Source: Torpedo marmorata (lineage: Eukaryota). Taken from it: DNA of 64,000 nucleotides. The stretch spans positions 156,178,001-156,242,000 of the forward strand of contig OZ360223.1 in assembly GCA_977017645.1 (NCBI GenBank), written 5' to 3'. Position numbers and translations under genes: made by a program. Shown here one piece after another: positions 1 through 13,233 of this stretch. The notes below the pieces were generated by a model. It ran no database searches. It was given only the letters and a program-made list of their open reading frames with translations, and was not told where the DNA came from. Within the stretch, counting starts at the first letter, position 1. The number at the start of each line of letters is the position of its first letter.

Positions 1-826
1 CCATGTGCCTGTCTAAGAGTCTCTTAAATGCCCCTAATGTTTCAGCCTCCACCACCATTCCTCGCAAGGCATTCCAGGCACCCACAACTCTATTTTTTTT
101 TTTTTTTAAAACAACTTAACCCCTGATGTCTCCACTAACTTTCCTCTCTTCACTTTGTACATATGTCCTCTGGTGTTTGCTTTTCCTGCCCTGGGAAAAA
201 GGTGCTGGCTGTCCATCCTATCTATTCCTCTCATAATCTTGTAGACCTATTAAGTCTCCTCTCATCCTTCTACGCTCCAAAGAGAAAAGCCCCAGCTCTG
301 CTAACCTTGCCTCATAAGACTTATTTTCCAATCTAGGCAACATCCTGGTAAATCTCCTCTGCACCCTCTCCACATCCTTCCTATAATGAGGTGACCAGAA
401 CTGAACACAATATTCCAAGTGTGGTCTCACCAGAGATTTGTCGAGTTGTAACATGACCTCTCGACTCTTGAACTCAATAATGAAGCACAACATCCTATAG
501 TCCTTAACTATCCTATCAACCTGCGTGGCGACCTTGAGGGATGTATGGATTTGGACCCCAAGGTCCCTCTGTTCATCCACACTCTTAAGTAACCGACCAT
601 TAACCCTGTACTCAGCCTTCTGGTTTGTCCTTCCAAAATGCATCACCTCACACTTATCCGGATTGAACTCCATCTGCCACTTTTACGCCCAACTCTGCAT
701 CCTGTCTATATCCTTTTGTAACCTACGACAACCTTCAGCTCCATCCACAACTCCAACCTTTGTATCATCTGCAAACGTACTGACCCATCCTTCCGCCTCT
801 TCATCTAGGTCATTTATAAAAATCAC
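1..826 (-). mobile_element. CR1-clade LINE 3' fragment (RT and C-terminal region), runs off the left edge
   Basis: Minus ORFs 683..991 (IFINDLDEEAEGWVSTFADDTK) and 218..673 (MEFNPDKCEVMHFGR...RPHLEYCVQFWSP...RRRMRGDLI) are typical CR1 ORF2; frameshifted. Confidence 0.9.
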
Positions 827-844
827 AGAGCAGGGGTCCTTCCT

Positions 845-1308
845 GGTTAAGAATGTGATAGCAATAGAGAGTGCAGAAGAGTTTAACCAAGATGTTCCCT
901 GGATTGGAGGGCTGTAGTTATAAGGAGAGATGGTATTTATTCTCATAAGGAGGCTGCAGGTTGACTTTAGAGGCTTAAAATTGAGGGGCACAGATAGGAT
1001 GGAGTGTCAGAATTTTTTTCCAGGCAAGAGAAATTCAAAATTGAGAGGGGTGGGGGGTCAAAGATCTAAGGGGCAAGTTTTACTACACATAGGGTAATGG
1101 TTATGTGGAATGAGCTGCCAGAGGAGTGGGAGAGGCAGATAAAATTACAATGATTAAAATGTATTTGGACAGGTACTTGGATGGGAAAGGTATATAGGGA
1201 TTTTTGTGTAATTGCAGGCAAGTAGGATCAGTGTAGATCGGCATACTAGTCAGCGTGGATGAGGTGGGACGAAAGGGTCTATTTTTATGCTGTGTGATTC
1301 TATGATTA
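845..1308 (+). mobile_element. Degenerate CR1 LINE 3' end
   Basis: Decayed match to the ORF2 tail and 3' UTR of the CR1 at 7100-7617; ends in gattctatgatt repeat. Confidence 0.7.
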
Positions 1309-2251
1309 CATGGTCTAAAAATTATAGTTATGAAGGGAAAGATAATAGTGGAATAATAAATGAACAGAGTAGTGTGGAATGGAGTCCTTAAATGATTACA
1401 AAAGATGCCTGCTGGAGTGGCTGTATTCAGAAATGTTTACTGCTCTGCACATTTTGGATGTGCCCCAGCACTCCACTGTTCTCGGCAGCAGGAAGGGAGA
1501 CCATGAGAAATGTCAGTTGGACCAGTTCACTGGAGTGTAAACTCCCTTCAAAATTTAATAAGCTACAGCATCTGTCCCTGGAGGCAAGTAGGTGCATTTA
1601 TCTGCTCCCTTCCCTACTGGTGATAAACACCACAAATATGGGTGAAACACATGTGAAATGGAATAGATGTTCTGGTTTTGTTAGATCTTTGGATTACTTA
1701 GGTGGTGCAGAGCCCATTTCTGGGACTGTTCTTGACTCTACCAAGTATGCAGTAAGGCTGCAATAAGACAGCATGTTAAGAATGGGTTAAGTGGGAATCA
1801 ATATGAAAAATGCTAACTAATCACCCTGACACCAAAACCAGTGATTCTTGGTACGTGTTTAAATGTACTATGTGTCGCTTAATTCTCCTGGATGTTCACT
1901 AAAGTTACAAAATACTCATAGCAGAATACAAAATATAAGGCATTTGAATATGTCCCATTTATGAAAAGAAATCAAATGTGTTGTATTACTTGAATTCAAA
2001 GGGAAATTGGAAGATTATATAAATTACACTGGGCTCTGAAATACTTTGAGAAAACCAGACATTCACATGAATGCAATTATTTGAACTTCTCAATAACTAT
2101 TTGTTTGATCTTCAATAAGGTGTCGTTGCTTTCAATGTATGCAGAAGAGGACCGTGTAGGACCAGCATAAACCTATACCTCAATAAATAAATAAATAAGG
2201 AGAGGTAGAATTATGAACTGTCAAGATAAATTACTTTGTGTTTCTTTCTAG

Positions 2252-2428
2252 GTATCTGTGCACTAAAAAATTCTGTTTACGCAATCGGCGGATATGATGG
2301 CGTAAACCAACTGAACAGTGTGGAGCAATACGATGTTGAGTTGGATAAATGGACATGTTTAGTGCCAATGAAACATAAACGCAGTGCTCTTGGAGTAACT
2401 GTTTATCAGGGCAAAATCTATGTTCTTG
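2252..2428 (+). CDS. keap1: KEAP1-family gene, penultimate coding exon (Kelch repeats; equivalent to human exon 5)
   Basis: Acceptor tttctttctag|, donor |gtaagt, 177 bp, phase 1-1. Encodes [59 protein letters not shown], colinear with human KEAP1 [28 protein letters not shown]...KHRRSALGITVHQGRIYVL. Confidence 0.95.
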
Positions 2429-3299
2429 GTAAGTTTCAATATTAAACCACTTTGCATTCTTGGTTTTGGCAACCGTCACTCTGCAGTGGAACCATGCCTT
2501 GGTTCATGACATTGAGGTTGAATATTTGTGCTTTTAAATAATTAACCCTCTCACTTGACTTTTCTGTCAAAATCCTGCATTTGTTTTGAAAAATGAAAAT
2601 CATCTCCCTGAAATCTGAAGTTTCATTGATATTTTATGAAGTATGGTTCGAGATATTCCATGGAGTGGAATAGAGACCATTTGGCCTTTATCTTGGCTGG
2701 TAGTAATGGCTTCTCATTCTGAGCCCTTCAACAATTGGGAGTGGGATTTTTATTTATCTTCTATTCTTTCATATGTTTTGCATATTTTTATCGTATTTTC
2801 GTTCTTCTCATAATCTGAGTTTTAAAGTCCTTCCTATTTTGATTCTCTTGTGAATTTGGATTGCATCTCTCTAAACATTATCCTCATTTTGTTTACTGAA
2901 ATCCAATACTGCAATTAACTTTAATATGTTGCATGGACTCCAACTTTTTATGAATCTATTTATGTCCATTACCTGTTTTATATTTCTTGTAACTTCCTGG
3001 ATCCCATAGCTTTTCCTTCAGCCTCATCAATGTCTTTTAGTGTCCTGCAAAAATGTATTGTCAACTAACTCCCTCTGCTATTCAACAGATAGTTATTGCT
3101 ATTTTAATTCATCAAAGTACTTCCCTTTACTTGATGTTGACTTCCACTTGCTACTTTTTAATACCCATTTCCCCAATGTTAATTAATACCTTTCATAGCT
3201 TCTTTGATTATCCAAGAAAATTGGTTGAACTTCCTATTTTTGGTATTGAATGTATATTTTTGCACCACTTTCTAATCCTTGAAGTACACACTAAGCAGA

Positions 3300-3600
3300 A
3301 GTGATTCTGGATCTGGACCCTGTGATCTGGATACCCACAAGCTATTTTCAACCAATCCTGAAAGTTTTTCCTCTCTATCTTCCTGTTCCTATTTGACCCT
3401 CTTACCTCCCTCAACTCCAGTTCCATATCCATTAATCTTTTCAACATATCACTTGCATTTTGTTTAAAGTTTTTATTTTTAAAATCTGTATACATCACAT
3501 CTACTGAACTGTATCCTTCTGTCATGGTGTTACTCCCACCAAAAAAAAATTTGAATGCACACATAGAAAGGAAATAGCTTGAACTTCTGGATTGCCTTTC
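3300..3600 (-). mobile_element. Ancient CR1 RT remnant
   Basis: Minus-strand peptide EGYSSVDVMYTDFK resembles the CR1 RT motif EGRAVDVVYMDFSK; heavily decayed, boundaries approximate. Confidence 0.45.
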
Positions 3601-3674
3601 CTGACTTGTGCTTTCTGAAATGTTGTGATTGTAGCAACCAAATTCCTTAGAATGGTGTAACATTCTGGAATATT

Positions 3675-6600
3675 CGGAGCAGGCAGCAGAGTGAGAGGGT
3701 AGCAGAGTGGTAGGGCTTTGGCTCAACGGGCTTAGGCGGTAACGAGGCAAGGTAGGTTTACCTGTGTTAATTGCGGACAGGAAGTATGTGTGTGAGGCCG
3801 GTGTTCTGTGCTCAGTGTCAGATGTGGGAGGTCCTGGAGCCTCCCGGACGGCCATATCTGCACCCGGTGTGTCGAGCTGCAGCTCCTAAGGGACCGCGTT
3901 AGGGAACTGGAGTTGCAGCTCGATGACCTTCGTCTGGTCAGGGAGAGCGAGGAGGTGATAGAAAGGAGTTTTAGGCAGGTGGTCACACCGGGGTCACGGG
4001 AGACAGACAAGTGGGTCACAGTCAGGAGGGGGAAGGGGAAGGGACAGGTACTAGAGAGAGAGTTCCCCTGTGGCTGTACCCCTTGATAATAAGTACTCCT
4101 GTTTGAGTACTGTTGGGGGGGGACAGTCTACCTGGGGGAAGCAACATTGGCCATGCCTCTGGCACAGAGTCCACCCCTGTGGCTCAGAAGGGTAGGGAAA
4201 GGAAGAGGAAGGCAGTAGTGATAGGGGACTCTATAGTTAGGGGGTCAGACAGGCGATTCTGTGGACGCAGGAAAGAAACTTGGATGGTAGTTTGCCTCCC
4301 AGGTGCCAGGGTCTGGGATGTTTCAGATTGCGTCCAAGAAATCCTGCGGTGGGAGGGAGAACAGCCAGAGGTCGTGGTACATATTGGTACCAATGACATA
4401 GGTAGGAAAAGGGAAGAGGTCCTGAAAAAGACTTCAGGGAGTGAGGAAGGAAGTTGAGAAGCAGGACCGCAAAGGTAGTAATCTTGGGATTACTGCATGT
4501 GTCAAGCGACAGTGAGTATAGGAATAGAATGAGGTGGAGGATAAATGAGTGGCTGAGGGATAGAGCAGGGGCCAGGTATTCAGATTTCTGGACCATTGGG
4601 ACCTCTTTTGGGGCAGGTGTGACCTGTACAAAAAGGACGGGTTGCACTTGAATCCCAGGGGAACTAATATCCTTGCGGGGAGGTTTGCTAAGGCTACTGG
4701 GGAGAATTTAAATTAGAATTGTTGGGGGGTGGGAAACGAACTGAAAAGACTGGGGAAGAGGCGGTTGGCTCACAAATAGAGTGTTTGGAGACAGTGTGTG
4801 AGGGAGTATAGGCAGGTGATAGAGAAGTGACGCGCTCAGACAGACGGTTTGAGATGTGTCTATTTTATCGCAAGGAGTATTATGAACAAAGCGGATGAGC
4901 TTAGAGCATGGACCAAGGACAGGAACGGTTGCTTCAAATGCCGGGTTTTAGATGTTTCAGAAAGGACAGGGAGAGAGGCAAAAGAGGTGGGGGCGTGGCA
5001 CTGTTGATCAGAGATAGTGTCACGGCTGCAGAAAAGGTGGACGTCATGGAGGGATTGTCTACGGAGTCTCTGTGGGTGGAGGTTAGGAACAGGAAGGGGT
5101 CAATAACTTTACTGGGTGTTTTTTTTACAGGCCGCCCAATAAGAACAGGGATATCGAGGAACAGATAGGGAAGCAGATCCTGGAAAGGTGTAATGGAGTT
5201 GTTGGGATGGGAAATTTTAATTACCCAAATATCGATTGGCATCTCCCTAGAGCAAGGGGTTTAGATGGGGTGGAGTTTGTTAGGTGTGTTCAGGAAGGTT
5301 TCCTGACACAATATGTAGATAAACCTACAAGAGGAGAGACTGTACTTGATTTGGTATTGGGAAATGAACCTGGTCAGGTGTCAGATCTCTCAGTGGGAGA
5401 GCATTTTGGAGATAGTGATCATAATTCTATCTCCTTTACAATAGCATTGGAGAGATATAGGAACAGACAAGTTAGAAAAACGTTTAATTGGAGTAAGGGG
5501 AATTATGAGGCTATCAAGCTTAAATTGGGAACAGATGTTCTCAGGGAAAAGTACGGAAGAAATGTGGCGAATGTTCAGGGGATATTTGTGTGGAGTTCTG
5601 CATCGGTACGTTCCAATGAGACAGGGAAGTTATGGTAGGGTACAGGAACCGTGATGTTCAAAGGCTGTAATAAATCTAGTCAAGAAGAAAAGAAAAGCTT
5701 ACAAAAGGTTCAGAGAGCTAGGTAATGTTAGAGATCTAGAAGATTATAAAGGAAACAGGAAGGAGCTTAAAAAGGAAATTAGGAGAGCCAGAAGGGGCCA
5801 TGAGAAGGCCTTGGCGGGCAGGATTAAGGAAAACCCCAAGGCATTCTACAAGTATGTGAAGAGCAAGAGGATAAGACGTGAAAGAATAGGACCTATCAAG
5901 TGGGAAAGTGTGTATGGAACCGGAGGAAATAGCAGAGGTTCTTAATGAATACTTCAGTATTCACTATGGAAAAGGATCTTGGTGATTGTAGTGATGACTT
6001 GCAGCAGACTGAAAAGCTTGAGCATGTAGATATTATGAGAGAGGATGTGCTGGAGCTTTTGGAATGCATCAAGTTGGATAAGTCGCCGGGACCGGATGAG
6101 ATGTACCCCAGGCTACTGTGGGAGGTGAGGGAGGAGATTGCTGAACCTCTGGCGATTAATCTTTGAATCATCAATGGGGATGGGAGAGGTTGCGGATGTT
6201 GTTCCTTTATTCAAGAAAGGGAGTAGAGAGAGCCCAGGAAATTATAGACCAGTGAGTCTTACTTCAGTGGTTGGTAAGTTGATGGAGAAGATCCTGAGAG
6301 TCAGGATTTATGAACATTTGGAGAGGTATATGATTAGGAGTAGTCAGCATGGCTTTGTCTCGGGCAGGTCGTAACTTACGAGACTGATTGAATTTTTTGA
6401 GGATGTGACTAAACGCATTGATGAAGGAAGAGCAGTAGATGTAGTGTATATGGATTTCAGCAAGGCATTTGATAAGGCACCCCATGCAAGGCTTATTGAG
6501 AAATTAAGGAGGCATGGGATCCAAGGGGACATTGCTTTGTGGATCCGGAACTAGCTTGCCCACAGAAGGCAAAGAGTGGTTGTAGACGGGTCATATTCTG

Positions 6601-7617
6601 CATGGAGGTCGGTGACCAGTGGTGTGCCTCGGGGATCTGTTCTGGGACCCTTACTCTTCGTGATTTTTATAAATGACCTGGATGAGGAAGTGGAGGAATG
6701 GGTTAGTAAGTTTGCTGATGACACAAAGGTTGGGGGTGTTGTGGATAGTGTGGAGGGCTATCAGAGATTACAGCGGGACATTGATAGGATGCAAAACTGG
6801 GCTGAGAAGTGGCAGATGGAGTTCAACTCAGATAAGTGTGAAGTGGTTCATTTTGGTAGGTCAAGTATGATGGCAGAATATAGTATTAATGGTAAGACTC
6901 TTGGCAGTGTGGAGGATCAGAGGGATCTTGGGGTCCGAGTCCATAGGACATTCAAAGCAGCTGTGCAGGTTGATTCTGTGGTTAAGAAGGCATACGGTGT
7001 ATTGGCCTTCATTAATCATGGAATTGAATTTAGGAGCCGAGAGGTAATGTTGCAGCTGTATAGGACCCTGGTCAGACCCCACTTGGTGTACTATGCGCAG
7101 TTCTGGTTGCCTCACTACCAGAAGGTTGTGGAAGCCATAAAAAGGGTGCAGAGGAGATTTACAAGTATGTTTCCTGGATTAGGGAGCATGCCTTATGAAA
7201 ACAGGTTGAGTGAACTCGGCCTTTTCTCCTTGGAGCGACGGAGGATGAGAGGTGACCTGATAGAGGTGCATAAGGTGATGAGAGGCATTGATCATGTGGA
7301 TAGTCAGAGGCTTTTTCCCAGGGCTGAAATGGTTGCCACAAGAGGACACAGGTTTAAGGTGCTGGGGAGTAGGTACAGAGGAGATGTCAGGGGTAAGTTT
7401 TTTACGCAGAGAGTGGTGGGTGCGTGGAATGGGCTGCTGGCAACGGTGGTGGAGGCGGATATGATAGGGTATTTTAAGAGACTTTTGGATAGATACACAG
7501 AGCTTAGAAAAATAGAGGGCTATGGATAATCCTAGTAATTTCTAAGGTAGGAACATGTTCGACACAACTTTGTGGGCTGAAGGGCCTGTATTGTGCTGTA
7601 GGTTTTCTATGTTTCTA
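3675..7617 (+). mobile_element. Near full-length CR1 LINE (ORF1 zinc finger/leucine zipper plus SGNH esterase; ORF2 APE endonuclease plus RT), frameshifted, in the last keap1 intron
   Basis: ORF1 from ATG 3786 (CAQC...HICTRC, LRDRVRELELQLDDL, VVIGDSIVRG, VHIGTNDI). ORF2 from about 4846 (CFRKDR..RGGGVALLI, GNFNYPNIDW, SDHN, NYRPVSLTS, GVPRGSVLGP, KFADDTK). 3' UTR ends in ttctatgtttcta. Confidence 0.95.
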
Positions 7618-7644
7618 AGTGGCCAAAGGATAAAAATGAATTAA

Positions 7645-7845
7645 GCACCAGAGTTACCTCCCTGCTCTCCATGCATACAACTTGGGGTCTATTACATTCA
7701 TCCTGAGCCAGTAACTTGTCATAGTTCAACATCTCAACAAAGAGAAGGTACTTTACAACAGTTCAGTCATCCTCCCCACACTGAACTGGAGTGACTTTCT
7801 TGGTTATGTGCTCAAGTCTCAGGAACAGGACTTTGACCCATGAGA
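7645..7845 (-). mobile_element. Probable ancient Deu-domain SINE remnant (SacSINE1/AmnSINE-like)
   Basis: Decayed similarity to the reverse of the Deu-SINE core as I recall it (..cacactgaactggagtg..tatgtgctcaagtctc..ggactttgaccca); not verified by alignment. Confidence 0.4.
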
Positions 7846-8119
7846 GTTTATTTTTCACTATATTTGGACAAAGATATTCAAAATAAATAACTGAATTCAT
7901 TCTCAAAATGAACATGAGTAGTATTCTGATTTAAAGAGTGCCAGCACTAAGTGACAGCAAGGTTTACACTGTTTATTTTATGTACACAACACATTGAGAA
8001 AGCAGACATTGACAATTTTACGTCTTGACTTGACTTGGGAATAAAAATATGAAGAGTGCAGGAATATTAACTTTAGTTGATGTAATCTATGTATTTTCTC
8101 ACTTGATATTTAATCATAG

Positions 8120-8268
8120 GTGGCTATGATGGACAAGATTTCCTCAGTAGTGTGGAGTGCTTCGATCCGGACACTGGCCAATGGACAGAAGTGACACAAA
8201 TGACCTCTGGGAGGAGTGGTGTTGGAGTTGCTGTCACAATAGAACCGTGCAATTTGGCTCGGTGCTAA
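8120..8268 (+). CDS. keap1: KEAP1-family gene, last coding exon (final Kelch repeat plus C-terminal region) to TAA
   Basis: Acceptor taatcatag| in phase with the 2428 donor. Encodes [49 protein letters not shown], matching human [44 protein letters not shown]. Confidence 0.95.
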
Positions 8269-9082
8269 TGTTCTTGATCTCTCGATCAACCTCAATCTTC
8301 ATAGTTCTCTTGGACTTTCTGCTGTGATCACCTTTTTTAAAGACTTTACCAGCACTTTAGTGCAAATCCCATTTTCAAATATGGAGGGCCATTTGCACTT
8401 TTTTTTCTGTAAAATCAAAAAAAATTTGTATGAACTCCCATAATTTGACATTTAATAACTAATAAGGAACATAATTTCTGAATCACACAAGCAATCCAAA
8501 TAGACATCTTACTGAATACTTATTAGATATTCACAGGTGGGTTTGTGTTGCAGGGCTTGTCTTGCTCACCAATCTGAAATCTACAGTGTTTATCACCTAT
8601 TCCCAAAGACAATTTCCATGTTCTAATGAGGATGGCATCTTGTAACAATATGCTAATTACCTAAATTAATTAACTTTGATATTTGCAATTACCCACTTCT
8701 TGAACAGCATGCACTAAATAACTGTAATAGATGGGCATATGGTAGTAAATTGGAGCTGGAGTCTGCCTGCTCCATGTAGGAGTGTAGAATCCAGGTCGGA
8801 TTACATTAGCTGCACAGAATAAGGGGAGGAGCAGGGGGATGGGCACTGGAACCAACATCCATTTAAAAGATTTTCTCTTTGCTCACCACATCTGGTTTCT
8901 CTTGTGCTCTGTTGAGAAGGGGAAGTGTAATTTAACTGCAACTGTTTCCCAGTGCCATACCACTTTATTTTGCACTAGTACTTGGGGAAAAACATCCAAA
9001 ATAAATAATTGAATCCATTCTTAACAAAATGAACATCATTGACTTAATTTCTAAGACAGTATTTTTAATAAGTGTTCACTTT

Positions 9083-9150
9083 AATAAACATTGTATTTAA
9101 TAAATATATTGTGATATCCTTTATTTCACAGCATGTTTTTTTTTTGTTCC
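9083..9150 (+). terminator. Likely keap1 polyadenylation signal(s)
   Basis: AATAAA at 9083-9088 and 9099-9104, followed by a U/GU-rich tract at about 9134-9150, about 0.85 kb after the stop. Confidence 0.55.
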
Positions 9151-10892
9151 TGAATATGACCAGAGTTGCTTCTATTTAGATTTCTCATGTTTTCCAAATC
9201 TAACTGCTGAAAATGATAGTGGCTTTACACCTGGTATCAATTTAACTATAACGTCCAGAGATGGGAATATTTGATTATTTACATGCCATATTACAGGATT
9301 TAGTGCCTTGTTGATCATTACAACTTTAATTTGACAATTGATAAAAAGGTCACTGTATACTTAAATTACTTACAAAAGGAAATGTGCTCACCCTCTTAGC
9401 AACTAATCATCCTTGCTCTCCTTGTTCAAGTACCATTAACCCTTGACTCAGTGGAGAACTGACCAATTACTGCCAAGATTCACTTCAAGTTTGGACTCTT
9501 GACTACAGTTGGAGATCAAACCTTCAGTCCTCCGTTTGTACTGTGGAACTTGGGGAGTGAGATCAACAAATTTTGGTAATCTTAAAAAGTGTAATTATGG
9601 GTTTCAAAAATAGATACATTGTACAAAAGCAAAGATAATTTTAAACCAACAAATTATTGGTTAAATGATCTTGGATGTGCTAATTTCCATGAGTGTTACA
9701 GCTAAGGAAAAGATTTTAGAATCCACAAGTGGGGAGATTTTTCATCAGTGACCATAGTATGAGGAGTTAAATAGGGGGAAAGAAACTGCTTCTGCTGGTC
9801 AGCAAGGAATTAACCAAAGGACAAAACTAAGGTTATCAAAATAAAAGGGGAGTCGAGGCTTATTAATATATTGAGTGGTTTGCTATCCTACCAGAAATAA
9901 TAGTGGGAGAAAATTGCATTAAAGCTGTTTTTACAAAAAAAGTAACTATTTGAAATGAAGGGGGAAAGGAGATCACACTATATGAATAATTTGACAAGCC
10001 AAGGTTTTACTGGAGTGAATTCACCTATAAACTACTTCTAGGTGTTTTTTTTTCTCTCTCTCTCCTGCTTGAATCTTTTCTTGTAATGCAGCTTGGGCGA
10101 CAAACGTAAAAGGTTGATGCAAAGCAGCAATTATTCCGATTAAAAATGGGTAAATATCCCTGCTATTAATCATTGCCTCTTTTTGACAATTTTTTAAATG
10201 TTCATACCCTTGTATTTTCTGGAATTTTTAAAAATGTCTTTACTGTTCTCTGCCTTACCCTGGTGATCACTGCAGTGGCCTGTAATTTGCAATTGCTTTG
10301 TAGTTCTACTTATCCCTCTAGCATAGGCATTGCAATCAACTAATGTGGCCTTTGGACAAGGGAAGGGAAATAAAACAAGCTAAACGTTTGCAATCAAGTG
10401 TTCAGAACTGAAAGTAGGTGTGTCATGATTCCAAGTTATAATGCTCACTGTTAATTAACCTGCCACTATTCAATGGAAACATGAATAATGGTCAGTGTGA
10501 AATGTTGTAGGGTACCCAACAGCTATCCACTTAATCCTGTCTTCAGATGTGGGTAGGAGGCAACAGTGTCAGTAAACTCCATAAAACAAAAGGATAAGCA
10601 TGGAATTGCCTTGAGTGACATACCATGCATTTATCCAATCAAGTGAAAGTTGCTTAGGGTAATTGGTGCTGTACATGTCAATCAGAAGACATTTTCCTAA
10701 AAGAAACCAATTCTGTTGCACAAACAATAATAATCTGATCAAAATAAATCCCAATTGAGCTGATACTTTTCAAATAAGATGTAGTTAATTTGCATTTTAT
10801 ATAGGTTTTCTCGAACTAGAATGTTTCCAGACCTATAGTGTTCTCAGATATGACCATCACTAAAATTTTAAAAGCTGTTTTTCTAACAACAG

Positions 10893-11370
10893 GAGAAAGA
10901 GTGCAGAGAAGATTTACTAGGATGTTGCCCGGACTTCACGAACTGAGTTACAGGGAAAGGTTAAACAGGTTAGGACTTTATTCCCTGGAGCTTAGAAGAA
11001 TGAGGGGAGATTTGATAGAGGTATTTAAAATTATGAGGGGGATAGACAGAGTAAATGTAGATAGGCTTTTTCCACTGAGGGTAGGTGAGATACAAACCAG
11101 AGGACATGGGTTAAGAGTGAAAGGGGAAAAGTTTAGGGGGAACATGAGGGAGAACTTCTTCACAGAGTGGTGGGGGTGTGGAACAAGCTTCCATCTGAAG
11201 TGGTGAATGTGGGCTCAATTTTAACATTTAAGAAGAATTTGGACAGGTACATGGATGGGAGAGGTATGGAGGGCTATGGACTGGGTGCAGGTCAGTGGGA
11301 CTAGGGGAAAAAAAATGGTTCGGCACAGAAGAGGCCTGTTACTGTGCTGTAATGTTCTATGGTTCTATGT
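10893..11370 (+). mobile_element. CR1 LINE 3' fragment
   Basis: ERVQRRFTRMLPGL..LSYRERL..RRMRGDLIEVFKI; tail gttctatggttctatg. Confidence 0.9.
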
Positions 11371-11488
11371 GAGAATATTAATATCTACCCCTCTTGCTGA
11401 AATGGGTAGAGCCACTCACACAGTGGTGGCCCAACATAGACCCAATTTTTTGAGCACAATGGGGCCCACTGAATTTATGAATATATTT

Positions 11489-13233
11489 ATATCATTGTTA
11501 AATGTTGACTACAAGATCCTGTCCAAAGCCATCGCCAATTGAGTCCACTCTAAACTGGAACAGGTGATCCACCAAGACCCAACCTGTACTGTTCCGGACA
11601 GAAAAATCTCTGACAGCCTTGCACTGCTCAGGGATACCATTATTGCCTACATGTAGGGAAGGGGGGTAGACACCTGCCTGGTCAGCTTAGACCAGGAGAA
11701 GGCCTTCGATTGGATATCATACATCTACATGATGGACATGCTCTCCAAAATGTGCTTCGGGGAGGGAATCAGAAATTGGTTTAGACTGCTCTACACAGAC
11801 ATCTGTTGTGCAATGCAAATCAATAGGTGGGAAACAGATAGCTTCCCCATCAAGTCTGGAGTCAGGCAGGGTTGTTCACACTCTCCAGTCTTATTTGTGT
11901 GCTGCACAGCCCTTTGCTGAATCATCAGGAAGGACGAGGGCATAAGTGGAGTGACGTTGCCAGTAAGTGGAGACACTCAGGTCAAAACCTCCCCGTACAT
12001 GGATGACTTTGCCGTCTTCTGTTCAGTCACACGATCGGTTTGCAGATTGATCATCATCTGTGGTCAGTTTGAGTCTGCATCGGACGCCAGGGTAAACCAA
12101 AGGAAGAGCGAAGCAATGCTCTTCGTAACTGGCCCGACCAGTTTGCCATCCCCTTCACAGTCAGATCTGATGACCTGAAGGTCTTGGGGATCTGATTTGG
12201 AGGGGCCGAGGCTTGCAACAAAAATTGGTCAGAGTGGATCGTGTATGGCTGTGCGAGGAACCAAAGTACGAGGGCACCAAGTGCCACTTTGTGCTAAGGT
12301 TCTCCCTGTCCCAGGTGTTGCAAAGGATGGGCCTGGCCCCATTACCACGCATTGTCCAGTCAGCTGGACATTGCCACACTACCTATCCTTTGTGAAAAAG
12401 TTTTTCCAGACAAACACCTTTGACCAGAAGTCCATCAGGCAGAGGTCAGCACGGAAAGTCCTGCAGACACACACAGACAAGGACTTGATGGATACTGCGG
12501 GATGGTTCCCTGAGCAGATTGCCCAGGTCATCTGGTGGAATGCATCATCGCCAGTGCTCACAAACAAGCACCAGGACTTGGCCTGGCTGGCGGTGAGAGA
12601 AGCCCTCCCAGTCAGATCCATCCTGTACAACAGAAATATCACCCACAATGCATGTTGTCCTCAAGATGACTGCAGTGGAGCAGCCGACCTCTTTGGAGAA
12701 TGCAGATTTGCTAAGAGTATGTGGAGAAGGATGCAAAGGTCCTTGTCACGGTTCATCACCAGCAGCAGTGTGAGGACTCTGATTTATGGGATGTTCCTGG
12801 GGATGCACACAGAGATGGGCATCCAGAACTGCTGGAAGATCATCAACTGAGTGAAAGACATCCTTTGGTCTGCCTGAAATTTGTTGATCTTCCAGCACAC
12901 AGAGATGTCAATGAAGGAATGCTGCTGACTGGCACATTCGAGGCTGCAGGAATATATGCTGAGGGAAGCACTGAGGCTTGGTGCAGCCAATGTGAGGGTG
13001 CAATGGAAAGGACCATAGTCTAGAGTCCTTCCGTTACTGGGTGTGGAGGGTCTGAGACTGAGGGAAAGCCCTTCAAACAACAGAAAGAAGAGTAGTAACA
13101 AGGTGTCACAGTGGTGGCAACGGTGTAATTAGAGAATGTATGGATATGACACGAAGGATGTGAAAAGACTTTGAACAGTTTTCTTTTTTGTAAATAGTTT
13201 ATTGTGAATAAAGTCTATTTTTGGAGAAAAAAA
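11489..13233 (+). mobile_element. Tx1-clade (L1-like) LINE, 5'-truncated and internally deleted
   Basis: ISLLNVDYKILSKAIA, SLDQEKAFD, SGVRQGC, YMDD and a zf-RVT-like region (KHQDLAWLAVREALPVRS...CP..DC...EC); AATAAA at 13207 and A-tail at 13227-13233. Confidence 0.85.

Noticed and set aside
3208-3855. 215-aa minus-strand ORF
   Set aside because: Chimeric read-through of antisense CR1 5' UTR and an old CR1 remnant.
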